DNA of 64,000 bases from Squalus acanthias. Lineage: Eukaryota. The stretch is from the NCBI GenBank assembly GCA_030390025.1, contig CM059444.1:35340001-35404000 (forward strand), given 5' to 3'. Numbering within the stretch: position 1 is the first letter of the stretch; each line of letters begins with the position of its first letter. Below, piece by piece: positions 1 through 12,629 of this stretch. The notes under the pieces are model-generated. The model saw only the letters and a list, made by a program, of their open reading frames with translations. It did no database searches and was not told the DNA's origin. The translations under genes were made by a program, and so were the position numbers.

Positions 1-90
1 GATTGATTTAAAACAAGTTGGGCAAGTAAGATTTATAGATTAAATCCTTCATTTATACAGCATGAAACAAGCAGACAAGCTTTCAATAAC

Positions 91-96
91 TTTATT
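91..96 (-). terminator. Candidate KCTD6 polyadenylation signal AATAAA
   Basis: TTTATT on the plus strand about 340 nt past the stop, in an AT-rich 3' UTR. Confidence 0.55.
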
Positions 97-433
97 TCCT
101 AAGTACATGGAGATAATAAACAAGTAAAAGATACATCAATTTCATGTATTTTCTTGAAGAAAACTTCAATCTAGTAGGTAGTGTTAAAAAGTTAATCAAA
201 ACTTAAATATTAAAGGAATATACATCTTACACATTTCATACCTCATTTCAACAGCATTTGGTTACAGTATGCATAGAAATATTTTACTATTGTACAAAAA
301 GTAACTTTACAATAGAAGAGTTGTAGAATTTGCATCAGTACATGGTTACCTGGGTATTCAATTAAATTGTGCCATATAGTGATCCATTACTGTTCATTTT
401 GTGCAGTAACATCATTTAGCATTGTAAGGATGG

Positions 434-1120
434 TCAGTCTTCAGTTTTCCGTGCCAATCTACAAAAGGTCCAGTTGTGTTCCACAGTGTTCTCATTTGCT
501 CTCTCGCTCATGTGATGTACCCTTGTCATTCTGATGGTAAAGCCCTGCTTTGCGATGTACTCCATCAGATGAACGCGAAGAGACACCTCCTGGTGATAAT
601 CACAGGGTCCAAATGTGAAGGACACCTGGAAGTCTCTGGTATCCATCATGTGTTTATTCCATTTTGTGAAATGGTTTGAGATGCCCTCCAGCAATGAGTG
701 CACTTTAGTAGTGATCGTCAGTTGTGTTATTATAACAGCTACTGGATTGGAATATTTGGAAAGTTTGCGGGTGCTAGACAGTTCCACCACCTCCTCGAAG
801 GTATCTAATGGGTAAAGGGGCTTGGGGTCATTCAGACAGTGAATCAAAGGCTCTATCTGATAAAAATCAGCCTCTTTTCTAAGGAGGTCAATTTCTTTGA
901 AGCCATGAGGTAGTGTTAGATCTGCTGTCCTTAAAAAATTCAAGATGTATCTAAAGAGAGGTCCATCTCTATCAATGAAGTAGTTTCCTTGGGAGTCTTT
1001 GGCAGTGGGGAAATCTCCCCTGAACATTACTCCTAACATGGAGTCTGGGTATCTAGTTAGTGTGGAGATTGATGTTGAATACAAGTGTCCTCCCACATTA
1101 AGAGTAACTGGATCAGCCAT
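434..1120 (-). CDS. KCTD6: KCTD6 last coding exon (BTB/T1 domain plus C-terminal domain)
   Basis: ORF MADPVTLNVGGHLYSTSISTLTRYPDSMLG...WTFCRLARKTED* resembles vertebrate KCTD6; AG acceptor at 1121-1122 preceded by a polypyrimidine tract. Confidence 0.96.
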   Translation of the reverse strand: MADPVTLNVGGHLYSTSISTLTRYPDSMLGVMFRGDFPTAKDSQGNYFIDRDGPLFRYILNFLRTADLTLPHGFKEIDLLRKEADFYQIEPLIHCLNDPKPLYPLDTFEEVVELSSTRKLSKYSNPVAVIITQLTITTKVHSLLEGISNHFTKWNKHMMDTRDFQVSFTFGPCDYHQEVSLRVHLMEYIAKQGFTIRMTRVHHMSERANENTVEHNWTFCRLARKTED

Positions 1121-1899
1121 CTGAAATAAAAAATAAAACTAGAACATGAATGGTTATCACAAAATGCTTTGTCCGTATTACCACATTGTGACAGTAAAGT
1201 TTAATTATCTTTACCTAATTTATGTAAAACTGAAATATTGCTGAATGTGTTTCATGTATTCAATCCCTAATAGTGATATACTGGAATAAAAATCTCACAT
1301 CCACGCCAATTAGGAGTAATGGTGTGCAAACCTACATCCCAAGAACAAAGAAAACGACTCCTGTTGAAGCCCCGTAACCATGGGGCGCACCAAATTCAAA
1401 TAAATTACTCATTCTCGAGATTCAGCCGCTGAATAGAATTTCATATTTTAAAGTTTATTTTTTCACACCTAAGCTTAAATAGAGCTCCCGAAGTAGTAAA
1501 TAGTAATGTCCGGCTTATCTGGCTCGCCAAACTTCTATTACACATTACTGAAACCAGTGCAACGTCCTGTATTTGCTTAACTACCATACATGAAATTGGA
1601 TTATGCAAAAAAAAAAGTACCAGGGCACATCAATGTTCCGGTAAATATATCAATAAATCATGCGCCCTACTTGTTAAATTCACTATCTTTAAACGAGGCT
1701 CCGAAAGGAGAGGGGGTGGGGAAGACGTGCAATGGACTCGGAAGCCACATGAACATTGGGACACGATGCAAAGCAATACAGAATTAATTCTTGTATTTGC
1801 CACAAAAAAACACTCTCTGGTTTAGGTGGAGGGTCGTTGAGAAATATAAAGCGTTTTCTAATATGCGCTCCCGCCTGGTGTCTTGACATTGGTTGAAAC

Positions 1900-2460
1900 T
1901 CAAGACTTGGCGGAAACCCAACAGCAGAAAGAAGCCGCTCGGGTCAGCGGCATTGCTCGGCGCCCAGGGCTACCCGGCCACCCTTCACCCCCCGGGGGCG
2001 GTGCGGCTCAGGAGAGCGCGGGGGCGGGGGGAAAGGTCGCCGAGTGCCCCGCTCGCCCAGCCGCCACGCAGCAACTCCGACTGAACCATTAAACGAACCC
2101 ACCGCCCGCGCGGGCTCGGCTCCGCTCCGCCTGCGGGTCGCCGCGGCCCGGGCGCACCTTCAAAAAGCTCAGGCGCGGGACTCAGACTAACGGCAGCGCT
2201 CCTTACCGTCTGGCCCCAGTCTCCATTATCCATCTACTCCCAGGAGCTGATTTATCTTTCAGCACAGCCGCAGATCCAGTGCTACCGCTCTGCGCCTGCG
2301 CTATCCTTTCACAATCTCTGAGCCTGGCGTGACCGTCAGACAGGCAGGCGGGCGGTTGAGCATGCGCACTGGCCAAGACGCTCCGAATCATTGGCAACAG
2401 CTGTTGCCAATTTGAACTGGGCACCGCCATCTTTCATAAAGGCAATCTGGTTCCTGGCTG
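1900..2460 (-). promoter_or_regulatory. CpG island / KCTD6 promoter region
   Basis: GC- and CpG-rich; NRF1-like TGCGCCTGCGC (2291-2301) and GCATGCGCA (2360-2368); YY1-like CCGCCATCTT (2424-2433). Confidence 0.7.
2207..2233 (-). CDS. KCTD6: KCTD6 first coding exon (MDNGDWGQT)
   Basis: ATG at 2233 encodes MDNGDWG, the KCTD6 N-terminus, followed by a GTAAGG donor; phase 0 join to the 1120 exon gives 237 aa. Confidence 0.92.
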
Positions 2461-2497
2461 CAGTCAGGATCTGATCAACAGGTGAATTGTGGACTCT

Positions 2498-2607
2498 TTT
2501 TTCCAGTTCTGACGAAAGGTCTTCGACCTGAAACGTTAACTCTGTTTCTCTCTCCACTGATACTGCCTGGCCTGTTGAGTTTTTCCAGCGTTTTCTGTTG
2601 TTATTAT
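2498..2607 (+). mobile_element. Penelope-like terminal-repeat fragment with minimal hammerhead core, 17-bp TSD
   Basis: Flanked by exact repeats GGTGAATTGTGGACTCT (2481-2497, 2608-2624); same repeat recurs near 21820, 32420, 39014 and 51690. Confidence 0.75.
2505..2541 (+). ncRNA. Minimal type I hammerhead ribozyme motif
   Basis: AGTT-CTGACGA-A-AGGTC-TTC-GACCT-GAAA-CGTT-AACT: both core boxes, 5-bp stem II, palindromic ACGT stem III, 4-bp stem I. Confidence 0.65.
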
Positions 2608-3669
2608 GGTGAATTGTGGACTCTCGCTCACAACTGGCGAGAAAAACCCCAAAAGCTTAAGTTCAACATATCGCCAGAGGTTAATTTTATGGAGGTGTTA
2701 AAGGAAGAGCGGGAGGTGGAGAGGTTTAAGGATGGAAATCCCGATATATTCAAGGGAATTTCAGATTTTAAAATGCATTTTTTTGACACCTAAGCTTAAA
2801 TACTGCCCCCGAAGCATTATTGCCAGGCTTAAATGGCAAACAAGACTTCCAAACACATCACTCAGATCAATGCAGTGTCCTAATACGATAAATGAAAAAG
2901 TAATTCGGCTCAATAAAGCCTTTAAAAGCTGGTCATCATACAAGTGTAGCAGCCGGCGTATCTCTTCCGGGCAAACTGCAACAATATGGTTTTCAGATAT
3001 ATTACATTTTACTCCAAGCAGTTAAAAAACTGTAACTGAGTTTGCTACATTGTAATAATGCCTGAATGAATGGCTGTGTCTGAAACCACATCGAGAAGTC
3101 TACATCAATGAAGTGTGAAACTAATAGTAGTTATTTACAACTGCCAAAAACGTGTCTTCTAAAATCTTTGTATTTATATTCATATTTCCAAGCTAAAATA
3201 AAATAATCTAAATTAGAGTATTTACAATTAAAATTAGACCAGGTTACAGAAAGAACAGATGAGTGACGACAACTGAAACTGTAATGTCATTGCAGTTGTG
3301 ACTGATATCAGACCAACAGCTGACAAGTGTGCACAGTATATCAGTTTCATGCAATGTACCCAATGACTTCCTCCGTTGCTTTGGTAATCCTTTCATCAAA
3401 ATGAGCAGCCAACTCGAGTGCTTCTAAACCTGTATAAATTATAAAGTGTTATTTACTATAGCTTCAAACCCAGGCATGTAATTTAGAAACCAGATGGAGA
3501 GTATTAAGAAGTGCAATTAAATGTAATTGTAATTCATGATTTCCAGAATAAATTTGAATATATTACTGTTGTAACCCTACTTTAATACATGTTTATCAGT
3601 TGGTTATTATCAAGTGATTCGAGATTCAACATCAAATTTAAGGTTTTCTGTCACCTTTTTAAAATTAGT

Positions 3670-4030
3670 ATAAACACTTGGAAAGGGTGCAGAGGAGATT
3701 TAATAGAATGTCGACAACCAAATCTGGAAAAGCTGCTGGTCCAGATGGTGTTTACCCAGAATTCCGAAAAGCACTGGGACCCAAAGCAAAGAGATGGTCG
3801 ACCTCCTTCTTCTCTGAGGTACTGGCAACTGGTAAAATTCCACCTATTTGGAGGGAGACTAAAATAATTGCTCTCCTGAAGCAGGGGAAGAATGCTTGTG
3901 AAGCCTCCAGCTACCGCCCGATCTCCTTACTTTGCACTTGTTATAAAGTGTGACATGACTGCTGCCAACGAACCGGAAGCGGTTGATAGTGCCACAAGTT
4001 GACCAATTTCCTATGCAACAGCCAAATATA
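3670..4030 (+). mobile_element. Degraded non-LTR retrotransposon RT fragment (not the CR1 family that follows)
   Basis: Translation KAAGPDGVYPE...IPPIWRETKIIALLKQGK...SYRPISLL is typical of the LINE RT N-terminal region. Confidence 0.7.
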
Positions 4031-4035
4031 GAGGA

Positions 4036-7000
4036 AAAAACAAGTCAGCCTGGAAGGCAGAGCAAATATGTAACGGCACAAAGGAGTATGGCAAGGCTGG
4101 AGGGCATTTATTTTAATGCAAGAAGTCTTGCGAGTAAGGCAGATGAATTGAAGGTGTTGATGAACACATGGGAGTATGATATTGTTGCTATCACAGAGAC
4201 ATGGTTGAGGGAGGGGCAGGACTGGCAGCTCAATATTCCGGGGTATAGAATCTTCAGGCGAGACAGAGGGGGGTGTAAAAGAGGAGGGGGTGTCGCAATA
4301 TTAATCAAGGAGTCAATTACTGCTGTAAGGAGGGATGATATCTTAGCAGGTTCCTCTAATGAGGCCATATGGGTAGAACTTAAAAACAAAAAGGGGGCAA
4401 GCACTTTGCTGGGAGTGTACTATAGGCCCCCAAACAGTCAGGGGGAGATAGAGGAACAGATATGTAGGCAAATCTCAGAGAAGTGTAGAAATAATAGGGT
4501 AATAATAGTAGGGGATTTCAACTTCCCCAATATTAACTGGGATAGTCAGAGTGTGAAAGGCTTAGAGGGTGCGGAATTCTTAAAGTGCATCCAGGAGAGC
4601 TTTTTGAGCCAGCATGTAGAAAGTCCGACAAGAGAGGGGGCGGTACTGGACCTAATTCTAGGGAATGTAGCCGGGCAAATGGTAGAAGTGTTAGTAGGAG
4701 AGCATTTTGGTGACAGTGACCATAATTCGGTGAGATTTAAGGTAGTCATGGAAAAGGACAAAGATGGACCGGAGATAAAGGTTATAAATTGGGGGAAGGA
4801 CGATTTTAATATGATGAGGCAGGATCTGGCCAAAGTGGACAGGGATCAGCTACTTGTAGGAAAATCCACATTAGAGCAGTGGGAGTCTTTCAGAAAGGAA
4901 ATAGAGAGAGTACAACGGCAACATGTTCCTGTAAAGGTCAAGGGTGGGACCAACAAGCCCAGGGAACCCTGGATGTCAAGGGATATACGAGAATGGATTA
5001 GGAAAAAAAGGGAGGCTTTTGGCAGATACAAAGGACTAAAAACAGTGGAAGACCTAGAGGAGTATAGAAAGTGCAGGGGGGTACTTAAAAAAGAAATTAG
5101 GAGAGCGAAGAGGGGGCATGAAATAACACTGGCGGGCAAAATAAAGGAAAATCCCAAGGTGTTTTATAAGTATATTAAGGGCAAGAGGATAACCAGGGAA
5201 AGAGTAGGGCCCATTAGGGACCAAAGTGGCAATCTGTGTGTAGAGCCAGAAGATGTAGGTGGGGTTTTAAATGAATATTTTGCATCTGTGTTCACTATGG
5301 AGAAGGACGATGTAGGCATAGAAATCAGGCAGGGGGGTTGTGATATACTTGAACAAATTAGTATTGAGAGGGAGGAGATACTAGCGGTTTTAGCAGGCTT
5401 AAAAGTGGATAAATCCCCAGGCCCAGACGAGATGTATCCCAGGCTGCTGTGTGAGGCAAGGGAGGAGATTGCAGGGGCTCTGACACAAATTTTCAGAACC
5501 TCTCTGGCCACAGGGGAGGTGCCAAAGGACTGGAGAACAGCTAACGTAGTACCATTATTCAAGAAGGGTAGTAGGGATAAACCAGGGAATTACAGTCCAG
5601 TGAGCCTAACATCAGTGGTAGGGAAATTATTGGAAAAAATTCTGAGGGACAGAATTAGTCTCCACTTGTCAGCTTTGTCAGGGGGAGATCATGTCTGACC
5701 AATTTGATTGAATTTTTTGAGGGAGTGACTAGGTGTGTGGATGAGGGTAGTGCAGTTGATGTGGTCTACATGGTTTTGTCAGGGGGAGATCATGTCTGAC
5801 CAATTTGATTGAATTTTTTGAGGGAGTGACTAGGTGTGTGGATGAGGGTAGTGCAGTTGATGTGGTCTACATGGTTTTCAGTAAGGCTTTTGACAAAGTC
5901 CCACATGGGAGACTGGTCAAGAAGATAAAAGCCCATGGGATCCAGGGCAACTTGGCACATTGGATCCAAAATTGGCTTAGTGGCAGGAGGCAGAGGGTGA
6001 TGGTCGAAGGTTGTTTTTGTGATTGGAAGCTTGTGTCCAGTGGTGTACCGCAGGGATCGGTGCTGGGTCCTTTGCTGTTTGTAGTGTACATTAATGATTT
6101 AGATATGAATGTAGGAGGTATGATCAGTAAGTTTGCAGATGACACGAAAATTGGTGGAGTGGTAAATAGCGAGGAGGGAAGCCTCAGGCTACAGGACGAT
6201 ATAGACGGGTTGGTCAGATGGGCAGAACAGTGGCAAATGGAATTTAACCCTGAAAAGTGTGAGGTGATGCATTTTGGGAGGACTAACAAGGCAAGGGAAT
6301 ACACAATGCATGGTAGGACCCTAGGAAGGACAGAGGATCAGAGGGACCTTGGCGTGCATGTACATAGATCCCAGAAGGCAGCAGGACAGGTAGATAAGGT
6401 GGTTAAAAAGGCATATGGGATACTTGCCTTCATTAGCTGAGGCATAGAATATAAGAGCAGGGAGGTTATGATGGAGCTGTACAAAACGCTAGTTAGGCCA
6501 CAGCTGGAATACTGTGTGCAGTTCTGGTCGCCACACTATAGGAAGGATGTGATTGCATTGGAGAGGGTGCAGAGGAGATTCACCAGGATGTTACCTGGGC
6601 TGCAGCGCTTCAGCTATGAAGAGAGACTGGACAGGCTGGGGTTGTTTTCCTTAGAGCAGAGAAGGCTGAGGGGGGACCTGATTGAGGTGTACAAAATTAT
6701 GAGGGGCATAGATAGGGTAGATAGAAAGGAACTTTTCCCCTTAGTAGAGGGGTCAATAACCAGGGGACATAGTTTCAAGGTAAGGGGCAGGAGGTTTAGA
6801 GGGATTTGAGGAAAAACTTTTTCACCCAGAGGGTGGTTGGAATCTGGAACTCACTGCCTGAAAGGGTGGTAGAGGCAGGAACCCTCACAACATTCAAGAA
6901 GCATTTAGATGATCACTTGAAACGCCATAGCATACAAGGCTACGGACCAAGTGCTGGAAAATGGGATTAAAATAGACAGGGCTTGATGGCCGGCGCGGAC

Positions 7001-7049
7001 ACGATGGGCCGAAGGGCCTCTTTCTGTGCTGTATGACTCTATTACTCTA
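4036..7049 (+). mobile_element. CR1 LINE, near-complete ORF2 (APE endonuclease + RT), disrupted
   Basis: YFNARSL, ITETWL, GDFN, SDH (APE); [18 protein letters not shown] (RT); internal duplication, TGA at 6438-6440, (ATGACTCT)-like 3' tail. Confidence 0.93.
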
Positions 7050-7050
7050 A

Positions 7051-8282
7051 TCAGTTCGCAGCTTTATGAAAGGGAAATCATGTTTGACAAATTTGCTGGC
7101 GCTCTTGGAGGATGTAACGAGCAGGGTGGATAAAGGGGAACCAGTAGATGTCGTGTATTTGGAATCCCAGAAGGCATACGATAAGGTGCCACATAAAAGG
7201 TTACTACACAAGATAAGAGCTCACGGGGTTGGGGGTAATATATTAGCATGGATAGAGGATTGGCTAACTAACAGAAAACAGAGAGTCGGGATAAATGGGT
7301 CATTTTCAGGTTGGCAAACTAACTAGTAGGGTGCCACAGGGATCAGTGCTGGGGCCTCAAATATTTACAATCTATATTAATGACTTGGATGAAGGGACTG
7401 AGTATAATGTAGCCAAATTTGCTGATGATACAAAGATAGGTGGGAAAGCTATGACCGACAGGGTCAGGGGAGCCTACCTGCGGCCAGGGCGGCGCAAATT
7501 AAAGGGGAGGTGCTAGGCGGCCATTTTTGTTGCTGGCCGCCTTCAAACACCTGCCCCCATTGCTGTCCCCGGCCTCCTGTGCAGCTGCCCCGCGGAGTGC
7601 TGGCTGCGCTCCGTGAGCCCGGCACTTCTCGAGTGCTGGGCTCTTTTGCCTGCACTCCAATCCCTGGTGGCCCAGCTGGGCCCCAGGTTGCGCTGCGCAA
7701 GACCCCTCCCCTTTAATAGGGCACGTAGTGCCGTGATATTCACTCGCAATACCCCAAGAGGGAGGCGGGGCGCTTCCAGTAGCGCCCCGCCTCCCTCTTG
7801 GGGTGCTACCATTGAATTTCGGGAGTGGGGACGCTAATTTTTTGGGGGCGCTACGGCGGAGTTAGCGCCCCAAAGGGGGCGCGACCCAATTTTTCCCCCA
7901 TAAGATTCTGAAGGGGCTTGACAGGGTAGATGCAGAGAGGATGTTTTCCCCCGTGGGGGAATCTAGAACTAGAGGGCATAATTTCAGAATAAGGGGAAAC
8001 CCTTTAAAATCGGAAATGAGGAGGAATTTCTTCTCTCAGAGGGTTGTGAATCTTTGGAATTCTCTTCCCCAGAGAGCTGTGGAGGCTGGGTCATTGAATA
8101 TATTGAAGGTGGCGATAGACAAATTTTTGAACGATAAGGGAGTCAAGGGTTATGGGGAGTGGGCATGGAAGTGGAGTTGAGGCCAAGATCAGATCAGCCA
8201 TGATCTTATTGAATGGCGGAGCAGGCTCGAGGGCCAAATGACCTACTCCTGCTCCTACGTCTTATGTTCTTATGACCTTATG
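7051..8282 (+). mobile_element. 5'-truncated CR1 LINE (RT + 3' UTR), interrupted at about 7455-7899
   Basis: [22 protein letters not shown]; RNFFSQRVVNLWNSLP; TCTTATG-type tail. Confidence 0.88.
7455..7899. mobile_element. GC-rich MITE-like fragment, possibly Harbinger-type, inside CR1
   Basis: Non-LINE GC-rich insert with repeated GCGCCCC motifs; its right end AATTTTTCCCCC resembles the right end at about 53095-53107. Confidence 0.45.
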
Positions 8283-8727
8283 ATGGATGGATGGAAGGAT
8301 TGTCTGGGAATCTGCTGGAATTGAGGATTGATCTCCTGTGCACTGATGCTAGCAACCTAGATTGCAAAATCTAATTTACACACCATCTATGCATAATGTA
8401 ATGATTTGCATAAAGTAAGAAACTAAATGTTACAAACAAAGTATTACAAAGTATTTACAGCACAGAAACACAGCATGGACCTTTTGGGTTGAATGGCCTG
8501 TTTCTGTGCTGTTAATACTTTGTTTGTAACATTTGCAATCTAGGATGTATCGTCTAAACTTTCTTATTCAAATAGACATCAAATTATAAACCTATCACTT
8601 AACTCTGTTTTTGCAGTGAAGTAATTGCAAGGCAGCTGGCAATCAGGGTGAAATAGATTCAATGTTGGTGCCCATTGTAGAAGCAATCTACATGTGATGG
8701 AATGTGAAAAAAGTGTCTTTAAGCAAA

Positions 8728-9330
8728 ACATAGGAACAGGAGTAGGCCATTCAGTCCTAAAGCCTATTATACCATTCAATTAGATCATTAGTAATCTGTA
8801 CCTCAACTCCATTTGCCCGCCTTTGTTTCCTATCCCTTGATACACTTACCTAACAAAAATCTATCAGTCTCAGTCTTGGAAATTTCAATTGATCTAACAT
8901 CCACAACCTTTTGCAGGAGCAAGTTCCAGAGTTCCACTACCCTTTATGTGAAAAAAAATGCTTCCTGATTTCACTCCTACATGGCACAGCTCTAATTTTA
9001 AGATTGTGCCCTCTTGTTCTGGATTCCTTGCCAGAGGAAATAGTTTCTCTGTATCTATCCTATTAAATCCTTTTATCATTTTAAACACCTCAACATTCTA
9101 AACTCAAGGAAATACAAGCCAAGTTTATGCAACCTGTCCTCATAAATTAACCCTTTATGCCCAGGTATCATTTTGGTGAATCTGCACTGTACCATTTCCA
9201 AGGCCAAGATATTTTTCCTGAGGTTCTTTGCCCAAACTCCCACTATTTTCTCCATTACTTTTTTACTTGGATTAAATCCACTAAGTTCCTCCCCTTGACT
9301 AACTTTTAGGTTCCCTTGTACCACTTATAT
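8728..9330 (-). mobile_element. Degraded CR1 LINE 3' fragment
   Basis: Minus-strand translation ILALEMVQCRFTKMIPG...YEDRLHKLGLY; CR1-type 3' UTR. Confidence 0.82.
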
Positions 9331-9395
9331 TTTGTCGTCTTCTTCTAATGTGAAACAGATACAAAGTAATAGCTTAACACATTTGCCATTTCCTT

Positions 9396-9600
9396 ATTTT
9401 TTTTATTCGTTCCAGGATGTGGGCAATACTGGCAAGGCCAACATTTATTGCCCTTCCCTAATAGCCCTTGAGAAGGCGGTGGTGAGCCGCCTTCTTGAAC
9501 CACTGCAGTCCTTGTGGTGAAGGTACTCCCACCGTGCTGTTAGGGAGGGAGTTCCAGGATTTTGACCCAGCAACGATGAAGGAACAGCGATATATTTCCA
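9396..9600 (-). mobile_element. Inverted 3'-end copy of the adjacent LINE family
   Basis: Reverse-complement similarity to 12435-12629, including the A-rich tail. Confidence 0.8.
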
Positions 9601-12600
9601 CAGCAATGTGGTTGACTCTTAACTGCCCTCTGAAATGGCCTAGCAAGCCACTCAGTTGTAACAAACCGATACAAAACAAAATAATAAGAAACCGGATGCA
9701 CCACCCGGCATCAACCTCAGCACCGGCTATGGACACGGCAATGGCACACCCAGCCCAGTCAACCCTGCAAAGTCCTCCTCACCAACATCTGGGGACTTGT
9801 GCCAAAATTGGGAGAGCTATCCTACAGACAAGTCAAGCAACAGCCTGACATAGTCATACTCACAGAAACATACCTTTCAGCCAATGTCCCAGATTCCTCC
9901 CTCACCATCCCTGGGTATGTCCTGTCCCACCGGCAGGACAGACCCACCAGGGGTGGTGGCCCAGTGGTATACAGTCGGGAAGGAGTGGCCCTGGGAGTCC
10001 TCAACATTGACTCTGGACCCCATGAAGTCTCATGGCTTCAGGTCAAGCATGGGCAAGGAAATCTCCTGCTGATTACCACCTACCGCCTTCCCTCAGCTGA
10101 TGAATCAGTACTCCTCCATGTTGAACACCACTTGGAAGAAGCACTGAGAGTAGCAAGGGCACAGAATGTACTCTGGGTGGGGGACTTCAATGTCCATCAC
10201 CAAGAGTGGCTTGGTAGCACCACTACTGACCGAGCTGGCCGAGTCCTGAAGGACATAACTGCCAGTCTGGACCTGCGACAGGTGGTGAGAGAACCAACAC
10301 GAGGAAAAAACCTACCTGACCTCGTCCTCACCAATCTACCTGTCGCAGATGCATCTGTCCATGACAGCATTGGTAGCAGTGAACACCGCACAGTCATTGT
10401 GGAGACGAAGTCCCGTCTTCAACTGAGAACACCCTCCATCGTGTTGTGTGGCACTACCACCGTGCTAAATGGGATAGATTCAGAACAGATCTAGAAGCTC
10501 AAAACTGGGCATCCATGAGCGCTGTGGGCCATCAGCAGCAGCAGAATTGTATTCCACCACAATCTGTAACCTCATGGCCCAGCATATCCCTCACTCTACC
10601 ATTACCATCAAGCCAGGGAACCAACCCTGGTTCAACAACGAGTGTAGAAGAGCTTGCCAGGAGCAGCACCTGGCGTACCTAAAAATGAGGTGCCAACCTG
10701 GGAAAGCTGCAACACAGGACTACATGCATGCTAAAAAGTAGAAGCAACATGCTATAGACAGGGCTAAGTGATCCCACAATCAACAGATCAGATCAAAGCT
10801 CTGCTGTCCTGCCACATCCAGTCGTGAATGGAGGTGGACCATTAAACAACTAACAGGAGGAGGAGGCTCCATGAATATCCTCATCTTCAATGATGGTGGA
10901 GCCCAGCACGTGAGTGCAAAAGACAAGGCTGAAGCGTTTGCAACCATCTTCAGCTAGAAGTGCCGAGTGAATGATCCATATTACCCTCCTCCGGAGGTCC
11001 CCACCATCACAGAAGCCAGTCTTCAGCCAATTCGATTCACTCCACGTGATATCAAGAAACCGCTCAGCGCACTGGATACAGCAAAGGCTATGGGCCCTGA
11101 CAACATCCCGGCTGTCGTGCTGAAGACTTGTGCTCCAGAACTAGCCGCGCCTCTAGCCAAGCTGTTCCAGTACAGCTATAACACTGGCATCAATCCGACA
11201 ATGTGGAAAACTGCCCAGGTATGTCCTGTCCACAAAAAGCAGGACAAATCCAATCCGGCCAATTACTGTCCCATCAATCTACTCTCAATCATCAGCAAAG
11301 TGATGGAAGGGGTCATCGACAGTGCTATCAAGTGGCACTTACTTACCAATAACCTGCTCACTGATGCCCAGTTTGGGTTCCGCCAAGACCACTCTGCTCC
11401 CGACCTCATTACAGCCTTGGTCCAAACATGGACAAAGGAGTTGAATTCCAGAGGTGAGGTGAGAGTGACTGCCCTTGACATCAAGGCAGCATTTGACCAA
11501 GTGTGGCATCAAGGAGCCCAAGTAAAACTGAGGTCAATGGGAATCGGGGGGAAAACTCTCCACTGGCTGGCACCTAGCACAAAGGAAGATGGTTGTGGTG
11601 ATTGAAGGTCAATCATCACAGCCCCAGGACATCGCTGCAAGAGTTCCTTAGGGCAGTGTCCTAGGCCCAACCATCTTCAGCTGCTTCATCAATGACCTTC
11701 CCTCCAACATAAGGTCAGAAATGGGGATGTTCGCTGATGACTGCACAGTGTTCAGTGCCATTCACAACTCCTCAGATAATAAAGCAGTCCATGCCCGCAT
11801 GCAACAAGACCTGGACGACATTCAGGCTTGGGCTGATAAGTGGCAGGTAACATTCGCGTCACACAAGTGCCAGGCAATGACTATCTCCAACAAGCGAGAG
11901 TCTAACCACTGCCCCTTGACATTCAATGGCATTACCATCGCCGAATCCCCCACCATCAACATCCTGGGGGTCACCATTGACCAGAAACTTAACTGGACCA
12001 GCCACATAAATACTGTGGCAACAAGAGCAGGTCAGAGGCTAGGTATTCTGTGGCGAGTGTCTCGCCTCCTGACTCCCCAAAGCCTTTCTACCATCTACAA
12101 GGCACAAGTAAGGAGTGTGATGGTACACTCTCCATCTCCACTTGCCTGGATGAGTGCAGCTCCAACAACACTCAAGAAGCTCAACACCATATACGACAAA
12201 GCAACCTGCTTGATTGGCACCCCATCCACCACCTTAAACATTCACTCCCTCCACCACCGGCGTACCATGGCTGCAGTGTGTACCATCTACAAGATGCACT
12301 GCAGCAACTCACCAAGGCTCCTTCGTCAGCACCTCCCAAACTCGCGACCTCTACCACCTAGAAGGACAAGGGCAGCAGGTGCATGGAAACATCACCACCT
12401 CCAAGTTCCCCTCCAAGTCACACACCATCCTGAATTGGAAATATATCGCCGTTCCTTCATCGTCGCCAGGTCAAAATCCTGGAACTCCCTACCTAACAGT
12501 ACCTTCACCGCAAGGACTGCAGAGGTTCAAGAAGGCGGCTCACTACATCCTTCTCAACAGCAATTAGGGATGGGCAATAAATGCTGTCTTAGCCAGCGAC

Positions 12601-12629
12601 GCCCAGATCCCATGAACAAATAAAAAAAA
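9601..12629 (+). mobile_element. CR1/L2-group LINE (distinct family), disrupted APE-RT ORF2 with A-rich 3' end
   Basis: DIVILTET, GDFN, SEH (APE); KAMGPDNIP, QFGFR, LDIKAAFD, FADD (RT); several stops and frameshifts. Confidence 0.9.

Noticed and set aside
2203-2430. Out-of-frame upstream ORF overlapping the KCTD6 start
   Set aside because: Its ATG is part of a YY1-like motif and the TSS is unknown, so inclusion in the mRNA cannot be supported
3983-5698. 571-aa ORF as a host protein
   Set aside because: It is the APE and linker part of CR1 ORF2; the same applies to long ORFs at 44475, 47473 and 49247
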